From Longimicrobiales bacterium (GTDB lineage: Bacteria; Gemmatimonadota; Gemmatimonadetes; Longimicrobiales; Gaopeijiaceae), in assembly GCA_041690395.1 (NCBI GenBank), contig JAWLHJ010000004.1, forward strand, positions 209,355-273,354: 64,000 nucleotides of DNA, given 5' to 3'. Positions 33,484 through 40,305 of this stretch are shown in pieces. A program made the translations under genes and the position numbers. The notes below the pieces were generated by a model, which had not been told where the DNA came from, searched no databases, and saw only the letters and a list, made by a program, of their open reading frames with translations. The stretch's first letter is position 1. Each line of letters opens with the position of its first letter.

Positions 33484-35265
33484 ATGGGCTTCCTGAAGAC
33501 CCTCGCCCGATTCCCGTGCGCGGCGGTACTTTCGGCGGTCACTTGCATCGCGCCGGGGCTCGCGGACGCGCAGGAGGCGGAGGAGTTCCGTTCCGCCGCC
33601 GAGACGTCCATGCTCCGAGCCGAGACCATCGAGCTCAGGAGCGGGCTGGACCGCCTGCTTCTCGCCCCGTCATGGCGTGACGCCGAATGGGGTGTGCTGG
33701 TCGTCTCTCTGGACCATGGTGACACCCTCTACGCGGTCGATCCGTACAAGCCCCTCGCTCCCGCGTCGAACGTCAAGCTCATCACGACCGCCGCGGCCCT
33801 CCAGACGCTCGGCCCCGACTATCGCTTCGGAACGTATCTGATGACGAACGGGGAGGTGGAGGACGGCGTGCTCCACGGCGACCTCATCCTCTACGGGACG
33901 GGTGATCCGGGGATCTCGAGCCGTTTCCATTTCCGCCGCGACGAGGCCTTTCATCGCCTCGTCGACCAACTCGATTCGCTCGGAATCCGTGAGGTCCGTG
34001 GTGACCTGGTGGCCGACGCCTCCTTCCTGCCGGGCCCCCAGAGGCCCGAGGGGTGGGACCCGCGGGACCTGAACGACCACTTCACCGCAGCCGTATCGGC
34101 CCTCTCGTTCAACGAGAACGTGGTGTCCGTGCGCATCACCCCGGGTGACGTGGGCGCCCCTCCCCGGGTGCAGACGATACCCGACGATGCGGGGATGGAG
34201 GTTCTGAACCTCGCCGAAACGGTGCCGGGCAGCCGCCCTCGCGTGGCCATGCTGCGCGACGACCCGCTCGAGCCGGTACGCGTGGAGGGTACCCTCGGAG
34301 CGGGGGTCAGAGACGTGTGGCGTCAGTTCACGGTCTCCGACCCGACCGTGTTCACTGCCTCGGTCTTCCGCGCACTGCTCACCGATCGCGAGATCGACGT
34401 CCGGGGCGTCACCCGGACCGTGTCCCGCCCGGGGCGGTCGGACCTGCCTCGACTGTCGGCTCCCTTCGCGGGGAAGCGGGGTGTTCGGGTGCTGGCCAGG
34501 CACACTTCCGAGCCCCTGCAGAGTTATCTGGAAGTCGTCAACAAGCAGAGCCACAACCTTTTCGCGGAGTTGGTCTTCCGTGTCGTCGGTCGCTCCGTCG
34601 AGGGCGTGGGATCCACCGACGCGAGCGCGCGGGCCGTCGCCGCCACCCTCGCGGGCCTGGGGGTCGATACCACGGGCATGGTCCTCCTCGACGGGTCGGG
34701 GCTTTCGGCCGGCAACCGCGTGACCGCGCGCACGCTCGTCGACGTACTCGAGCGCATGGCGCAGTCGCCGTCCTGGGGCTACTACTGGGCCACGCTGCCG
34801 GAGGCCGGGCGGGCCCGGGAGCTGGGTCGCATGTATCGGACCGCGGCAGCAGGCAACCTGCGCGCCAAGACCGGGACCATCGAGCGGGTTTCCGCGCTCA
34901 GCGGGATCGTGCGGGCGGCCGACGGTGAGCGCCTGGCCTTCTCGATCCTACTGAATCAGGCGCCCTCGGTCGCCCGGGCCAAGGCCGTCGAGAACCAGAT
35001 CGGTGCTCGCCTGGCCTCGTTCGCGCGAGGGATGGGCTCGAGCATGGACGGTGAGCGTCTCGCCCAGACCGAAGCCCCTGGTCCCCCATACGCCGGGACC
35101 GAGCGACATCGCATCAGGCCGGGCGAGAACCTGACCGTCATCGCGCGGCGGTACGGCATCTCCATGGAAGCACTGCTGGGTGCCAATCCGAGTGTCGAGG
35201 CCAACACCCTCTTCGCCGGCCAATGGCTCGTCATCCCCACGGTTCAGGAAGCGGGCGGCGGCTGA
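33484..35265 (+). CDS. dacB: D-Ala-D-Ala carboxypeptidase/endopeptidase (S13, PBP4) with C-terminal LysM
   Basis: PASNVK (SxxK), SHN (SxN), DGSGLS, AKTGT; C-terminal GENLTVIARRYG LysM. Confidence 0.9.
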   Translation: MGFLKTLARFPCAAVLSAVTCIAPGLADAQEAEEFRSAAETSMLRAETIELRSGLDRLLLAPSWRDAEWGVLVVSLDHGDTLYAVDPYKPLAPASNVKLITTAAALQTLGPDYRFGTYLMTNGEVEDGVLHGDLILYGTGDPGISSRFHFRRDEAFHRLVDQLDSLGIREVRGDLVADASFLPGPQRPEGWDPRDLNDHFTAAVSALSFNENVVSVRITPGDVGAPPRVQTIPDDAGMEVLNLAETVPGSRPRVAMLRDDPLEPVRVEGTLGAGVRDVWRQFTVSDPTVFTASVFRALLTDREIDVRGVTRTVSRPGRSDLPRLSAPFAGKRGVRVLARHTSEPLQSYLEVVNKQSHNLFAELVFRVVGRSVEGVGSTDASARAVAATLAGLGVDTTGMVLLDGSGLSAGNRVTARTLVDVLERMAQSPSWGYYWATLPEAGRARELGRMYRTAAAGNLRAKTGTIERVSALSGIVRAADGERLAFSILLNQAPSVARAKAVENQIGARLASFARGMGSSMDGERLAQTEAPGPPYAGTERHRIRPGENLTVIARRYGISMEALLGANPSVEANTLFAGQWLVIPTVQEAGGG

Positions 35266-35278
35266 CGCTCGTCCCGGG

Positions 35279-35551
35279 TCAGCGTGCCGGAACACCACCT
35301 CGCCCGACCGCCGAACGCAACCGACGGTGCAGTTCCACATCCGACATGGTCTCGAGCGTGCGCTGTCCCGTTCGCTCGGTATTCCAGCGGATGTCTTCCA
35401 GGGGATACTCGATGGTGGGCTCGTCCGCAGGGCGGAGTACCATGTGGAAGCGGCCCTTGTAGTCCATTCCGGGCTCCTCGCGCACCAAGGCTTCCCAGAT
35501 CCGGCCTTCACGATCGGTGAATGTCATCATGGTTCCTTCCCGGTTCGTCAT
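35279..35551 (-). CDS. Small hypothetical protein (90 aa) coupled to the AraC gene
   Basis: ATG overlaps the AraC TGA (ATGA); FTDREGRIWEA...MSDVELHRRLRSA. Confidence 0.7.
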   Translation of the reverse strand: MTNREGTMMTFTDREGRIWEALVREEPGMDYKGRFHMVLRPADEPTIEYPLEDIRWNTERTGQRTLETMSDVELHRRLRSAVGRGGVPAR

Positions 35552-36348
35552 GCCACCGAGCTGAGCGCCCGGGGACGAATCAGAAGATCGCATTCATCGA
35601 CGAACCGTTCCAGAACCACACCGAATCCGCCGGCCTCGACGAGCTGTGTGGGCGTCATGCCGACATAGTTCCGTAGCGCCCGCCGGAAAGCGGATCCGCT
35701 CGAGTACCCGAGCTGACGCGACACGCTCTCGGCACTCCGCCCCGGCTCATCCAGCCACCGACCGGCGTGGAGGAGTCGCGACCAGACCAGCAGATGCCCG
35801 AGCGACGGCAGTCCGTGCCGCTCCAGACCCACGCTGAGGTGAGGGCGCGTGAGCTCCAGACGTTCGGCGACGTCCTCGGCCCCCCAGCCGCGCTGCGCCC
35901 CCTCGAGACACAGGCGAACCACCTCGGTCTCACGGCGTGGCAGCGACGGGCTGACCACCTTGATCACTGCGGAGGCCGTGCTCCTGCCGAGCGCCCGCCG
36001 AACCGTCACCGGTAGCTCCCCGACCATCCCGTCGACCGGAAGCAGGACCAGACCCTCGACTCCGGCCCTGCCCAGCCGAAAGAGCAACCGGGTGGAGAGT
36101 TCCTCTCCGGCGAGCAGGACGAACACGATGCTCGGATACAGCCGCCCCAGCTCGACCAGCGCGCCGTCGGGATCGTGGGCCGGGAGCGCGCGTCCATCGA
36201 TGAGGGTGCACGTCACCGCGTGCTCCCTGAGCGTCCATGTGAGCCGGGTCCACGTGGCCACCCGGATCAGGGCGTGCTCCTCGCCGAGGGCGAGTGTGGT
36301 CGCCTGCAGCATGGAGGAATTCCGCGTCAAAACCGTCGTCAGGGCCAT
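35548..36348 (-). CDS. AraC-family regulator with receiver-like N-terminal domain
   Basis: C-terminal SAESVSRQLGYSSGSAFRRALRNYVGMTPTQL AraC HTH; N-terminal alpha/beta segment (CTLID..YPSIVFVLL). Confidence 0.88.
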   Translation of the reverse strand: MALTTVLTRNSSMLQATTLALGEEHALIRVATWTRLTWTLREHAVTCTLIDGRALPAHDPDGALVELGRLYPSIVFVLLAGEELSTRLLFRLGRAGVEGLVLLPVDGMVGELPVTVRRALGRSTASAVIKVVSPSLPRRETEVVRLCLEGAQRGWGAEDVAERLELTRPHLSVGLERHGLPSLGHLLVWSRLLHAGRWLDEPGRSAESVSRQLGYSSGSAFRRALRNYVGMTPTQLVEAGGFGVVLERFVDECDLLIRPRALSSVA

Positions 36349-36476
36349 CGATCTTCGAAAAAGACATAGCTACGGTCCAAAAGGATACGTCGCTCCGCCT
36401 GGCTTTCAGAAAACTTGAGTTCAGCGGAACGAAGAACCGCCCCTACCGGGTTACCTCCAGACTAGGACCGCCTCGC

Positions 36477-36608
36477 ATGAAGACTCTCCGACGCTCCCTG
36501 CTCGTACTGCTCCTGACCGTCGGTGCCGCCGCCTGCGGCTCGTCCATCACCGCGCCGGACCATACTCCGGATCCCGGTCTCTTCCACACGCCCGATCCGG
36601 GACTCTAA
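36477..36608 (+). CDS. 43-aa exported pro-peptide / mini-lipoprotein with duplicated C-terminal HTPDPGL
   Basis: AGGA SD at 36464-36467; MKTLRRSLLVLLLTVGAAA-C-GSSITAPD-HTPDPGL-F-HTPDPGL-stop. Confidence 0.8.
   Translation: MKTLRRSLLVLLLTVGAAACGSSITAPDHTPDPGLFHTPDPGL
36561..36605 (+). repeat. Two 21-bp coding repeats (HTPDPGL x2) separated by one codon
   Basis: cat act ccg gat ccc ggt ctc vs cac acg ccc gat ccg gga ctc: 5 differences, all at third positions and synonymous. Confidence 0.9.
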
Positions 36609-36618
36609 GCCGGCTGCT

Positions 36619-38445
36619 TCAAACCGAAGCACCCGCGACAGCCCTCCGCATCTCTCGAAGTCCTTCGCGGACTTCCCGAGGTGCGGAGGGCTTCGTGTCT
36701 GCAGCCTTCTCGCTCTCGGTCGGCACATCTTCCTGAAGCAGCCGCTCGAGGGCTTCCTCCGAGCGGAAGAGCGTTCGGTTGAGTCCGAACTCCTCCGCGT
36801 GGCGGACCGCTCGCCGCAGCCACCTCTCCGCCGCGTCCCGCATGCCGAGCGCCTGGTACGACAGCCCCCGGTAGTACAGGATCTCGGCCTTCGCCGCTCT
36901 CGGACCCGACTCCCACCCGAGTGCGTCACACTCGGCCGCTCGCCGCTCGAAGTCACCGAGGTCCCCGCGTAGGGCCGCGAGGTACGCAAGTGCGTCGAGC
37001 GCGTACGTCCTGTAGTACACGTCGGTCGCGTCGCTGGCCACCACGGACCAGGCGTCCTCGGCCGCCGCATGGTCGCCGAGATCCACGAGGGCGCCCGCCA
37101 GGTTCGCGAGGCACCGGACACGTCCCGCTGCGTCCTCGTACGAGCCGACCGCGATCCACCCGTGGCGCAGCGCCACATCGAGATTGCCCGCGGCGTGCTC
37201 CAGGGCGAGCAGGCCGTGATGGATGGACGCGATCACGTCGCGGCTGCCCGAGCGGCCTGCGAGGTCGAGTGCGTCCTGATAGCCCGAGCGAGCTTGGGGC
37301 AGATTGCCGAGCTCCTGGCGTACGGCCGCAAGACCACCGAGGGATTGGGCGGCCTTCGCCGCGAAGCCCGCCGCGAGCGCCACCTCGTAGGCGACCTCGT
37401 AGGCCCGCACCGACGCCTCCCACCGCGCCGCACGACGCAGGACCCTGCCCCGGAAACGGGAAGCGTCCACAGCCGCGTCGGCGTACATCACAGCGGCCGC
37501 GGCATCGAAGGCACAGCGGTACAGCTCCACGGCGCCGTGGACGTGGCCCTCCGCTTCAGCACGCTCGCCGGCGGCGACCAACCCGTCCGCGGACGCCTCG
37601 AGGTCGCGGCTCGCGAGCGCTCCGAGGAGCGGCTCCCAGGCTTCGACCGGATCGCCACCCTTCCTGCAGCGACCAACCAGCTGGTCACGAACGGCATCGA
37701 TGCGCGCGCACCAGGCCTCTTCTGCCGTATACCCCACGTCACCGTCGACCAATCCCCGGGCGAGCCGCACGACCAGGAATCGTTGCTCGACCTTCGCGCT
37801 GACCTCGGGGCGGTCTTCCCGTCCCTCACAGTCCTGAAGAACCGGGAATCCGACGAAGCCTCTCGCCTCCGGGGCCCGGAGCCGCACGATTCCGTCATCG
37901 GATCCCGCATCGAGATCCTGATGGAGGAGCGCGCTCGCGCACTCCCCGGAGAGGAAGAGCGCCCGCTGCCGGTCTTCCTCGCCCAGGCGTGGCCGCGGTC
38001 CGACGGAATCGCAGACGAGGAACCAAGAACGGGCGCCGTCGCTCCCGAGCGCCACGGTGAAGATGCTTCCGGCATCCCCCAACTTCCTGCCCGGCGCCCC
38101 GGCCGAGTCGTACACGCCCGGCAGGCCGATCTCCCAGGCCCGCTCGAGGGGCTGCGCCGGAAACGCTCGCCGTGGTCGGTCGCTCATCAGATCGAGCAGG
38201 ACGTGCGGATGCGGCGAGGACTCGCCGTACTCGTCGATCCACACGGCGGCGGCCCGATCGGCACCCGTGATCTCACTGAGCTCACTGAGATGCGCGACGA
38301 CCGCGAGCCGAACGGGATCACCCGAATGGATGGCGCGCGCAAGCTGGAATCTCTGCCGCCTCCGGCTACGATGCTCGGAGAGGCCGACGACTTGAGTCCG
38401 GCCGGTACGCACCGCCCCGGATTCAGCGATATTTGTCGGGAGCAT
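36619..38445 (-). CDS. Cytoplasmic TPR protein with N-terminal GAF-like region
   Basis: C-terminal half has several ~40-aa helical repeats (e.g. AQSLGGLAAVRQELGNLPQARSGYQDALDL, RCLANLAGALVDLGDHAAAEDAW, EILYYRGLSYQALGMRDAAERWLRRA). N-terminal TGADRAAAVW..FTVALG..WFLVCD..FLSGECASAL looks GAF-like. No signal peptide. Confidence 0.8.
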   Translation of the reverse strand: MLPTNIAESGAVRTGRTQVVGLSEHRSRRRQRFQLARAIHSGDPVRLAVVAHLSELSEITGADRAAAVWIDEYGESSPHPHVLLDLMSDRPRRAFPAQPLERAWEIGLPGVYDSAGAPGRKLGDAGSIFTVALGSDGARSWFLVCDSVGPRPRLGEEDRQRALFLSGECASALLHQDLDAGSDDGIVRLRAPEARGFVGFPVLQDCEGREDRPEVSAKVEQRFLVVRLARGLVDGDVGYTAEEAWCARIDAVRDQLVGRCRKGGDPVEAWEPLLGALASRDLEASADGLVAAGERAEAEGHVHGAVELYRCAFDAAAAVMYADAAVDASRFRGRVLRRAARWEASVRAYEVAYEVALAAGFAAKAAQSLGGLAAVRQELGNLPQARSGYQDALDLAGRSGSRDVIASIHHGLLALEHAAGNLDVALRHGWIAVGSYEDAAGRVRCLANLAGALVDLGDHAAAEDAWSVVASDATDVYYRTYALDALAYLAALRGDLGDFERRAAECDALGWESGPRAAKAEILYYRGLSYQALGMRDAAERWLRRAVRHAEEFGLNRTLFRSEEALERLLQEDVPTESEKAADTKPSAPREVREGLREMRRAVAGASV

Positions 38446-38499
38446 GCTTCAAGTTAGTGTCCTTCTCCGTGACGACACAACATCTTTGCTCATCCTCGC

Positions 38500-39435
38500 A
38501 TGAAGCCCTCCTCGCCGCCCCTGGCCGCCGACCTGGGACTCCTCGGGCTCGCGGCCATCTGGGGCGTGAACTTCTCCGTCGTCAAAGTCGTACTCCGCGA
38601 GATGGATCCCTTCGCGTTGAACGCCCTGCGATTTCCTCTGGCGGCCCTGGCGTTCTGGCTCGTCCTGCGCGCCCGTGGAGGCATCAAGCGTCCCGCCGCC
38701 GAAGACGTTCCCCGAATTCTCCTGCTCGGCCTGGTCGGCAACGTCGTCTACCAGGTCTGCTTCATCCAGGGGCTGGACCTGACCCTGGCGGGCAACGCGA
38801 GCCTTCTGCTCGCCACGACCCCGATCTGGACGCTCGTCCTTTCCTCCGTGGCCGGTCACGAGCGTCCGAATCTCCGGGTCATGGCCGGGATCGGGTGCAC
38901 GCTCACGGGCATCGTCCTGATCGTCCTCGGGCGTGAAGGCGGATTGACGCTGCAGGCCTCGACCCTCAGAGGAGATCTACTCATGCTGGGCGCCGCCGTC
39001 CTGTGGTCGGCCTACACCGTCTGGGGACGCACGCCCGTCGCCCGCTACGGTCCCCTGAGGATGACCGCGTGGAGCCTCTGGATCGCCACGCCGGTGATCG
39101 TGCTCATGGGCATTCCGTCGCTCCGCTCCACCGAGCTGGCCGCGGTCTCACCGGGGGCCTGGCTCGGCGTGGTCTACGCCGGAGTCCTCTCGATCGCGGT
39201 GGCCTACGTGCTGTGGTACCGGGGCGTCCAACTCCTGGGCAACAGCCGCACGGCGGTGTACTCGAACCTCGTTCCCGTGATGGCCCTGGTCACCGCGTGG
39301 CTGTGGCTCGGTGAGACACCGGCGGGCGGGCAGCTGGCCGGAGCGTCCGTGATCCTGGCCGGGCTCTGGCTGTCGCGAACCGGTCAAGCACCCGGTCCGA
39401 GCTCCTTGCGGTGGCGGAGCTCCGGGAATTCGTAG
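38500..39435 (+). CDS. DMT/EamA-family transporter
   Basis: IWGVNF, ALRF, GNASLLLATTPIW, YSNLVPV; about ten TM segments. Confidence 0.9.
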   Translation: MKPSSPPLAADLGLLGLAAIWGVNFSVVKVVLREMDPFALNALRFPLAALAFWLVLRARGGIKRPAAEDVPRILLLGLVGNVVYQVCFIQGLDLTLAGNASLLLATTPIWTLVLSSVAGHERPNLRVMAGIGCTLTGIVLIVLGREGGLTLQASTLRGDLLMLGAAVLWSAYTVWGRTPVARYGPLRMTAWSLWIATPVIVLMGIPSLRSTELAAVSPGAWLGVVYAGVLSIAVAYVLWYRGVQLLGNSRTAVYSNLVPVMALVTAWLWLGETPAGGQLAGASVILAGLWLSRTGQAPGPSSLRWRSSGNS

Positions 39436-40157
39436 TAGATCACCCCTTCCTGGGAGATCTCCGAGCGGACGCGGAAGTCGTCATCCATGCTCGTGAGGAT
39501 CTTCTCGGCCGCGGAGAGTGAGAGGTTCAGGTCCGCGGCGACCTCGCTGACGGTGAGGGTCCCGCCCTTCTGCCCGGCGAGCCGCAGAATCTTACGCTGC
39601 AATCCTCGGATGACCGCTTCGCGGCGTCCCTGGAGGCCCTGCCAACCCCAGTAGAACGTCAGCGACCCACCCATGCCGATGACGCTCCCGACGGCCAACA
39701 GGACCGCCTCGGCCTCCACGACGCCGATCAACATGACGAGCGTGGCGACGAGGACCATGGCCACACCCAGGATCCGGCGCTTGATCCCGCCGCTCGGAAG
39801 CGGCTCGTCCGGCTTCGACTCGATCAGCCGACGCTCGGGCTCCGGACCGGTGACGCTCAGGACGCGCGCCGCGTTCTCCCAACCCAGCCCGCAGCGGGGG
39901 CACACCAGATGATTACGCCGCGCCAGCCAGTAGAGGAGTCCACCCAACCCCCAGGTGAAGAGGCTCACGCCGACGGCGAGCGCCACGTGCCCCGACCTCC
40001 TGAAGTAGGGCATCCCTTCACCCTGGTACGAGCACCTGGGACATACCTTCACGCGATCCACGCGCGGCACCAGGCCGCCGCGGAGCGCAACGGCCCCACA
40101 CGTGGGACACCGCGTGTCGCCGGGCTCGAGAGTCTCACCACAGGTCGAGCAATGCAT
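39384..40157 (-). CDS. Double zinc-ribbon membrane protein with C-terminal winged-helix-like domain
   Basis: CSTC..CPTC and CPRC..CPRC pairs, TM helices, C-terminal LTVSEVAADLNLSLSAAEKIL..YYEFPEL. Start may be 40199. Confidence 0.72.
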   Translation of the reverse strand: MHCSTCGETLEPGDTRCPTCGAVALRGGLVPRVDRVKVCPRCSYQGEGMPYFRRSGHVALAVGVSLFTWGLGGLLYWLARRNHLVCPRCGLGWENAARVLSVTGPEPERRLIESKPDEPLPSGGIKRRILGVAMVLVATLVMLIGVVEAEAVLLAVGSVIGMGGSLTFYWGWQGLQGRREAVIRGLQRKILRLAGQKGGTLTVSEVAADLNLSLSAAEKILTSMDDDFRVRSEISQEGVIYYEFPELRHRKELGPGA

Positions 40158-40305
40158 CGGATATCGGATCACGTTTCGGGGATCGCGGACGACCGGCATC
40201 CGAGCTTCCCCGGTCGCAGTTCCCCTACGACGGAGCGCGTCAGAAGATTCACCGAGGTCCGGCGGCGGGTCGGCCGAACCCCCGACTGCACGCCGGCCGC
40301 GGTGC

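Noticed and set aside
36294..36476. Track ORF 36294-36608 (104 aa) as the true gene
   Set aside because: It overlaps the divergent AraC start; the SD and signal peptide support the ATG at 36477.
36561..36605. The 21-bp repeat as a CRISPR or DNA-level repeat element
   Set aside because: Only two degenerate copies with a 3-nt spacer, no cas genes, and conservation is at the amino-acid level.
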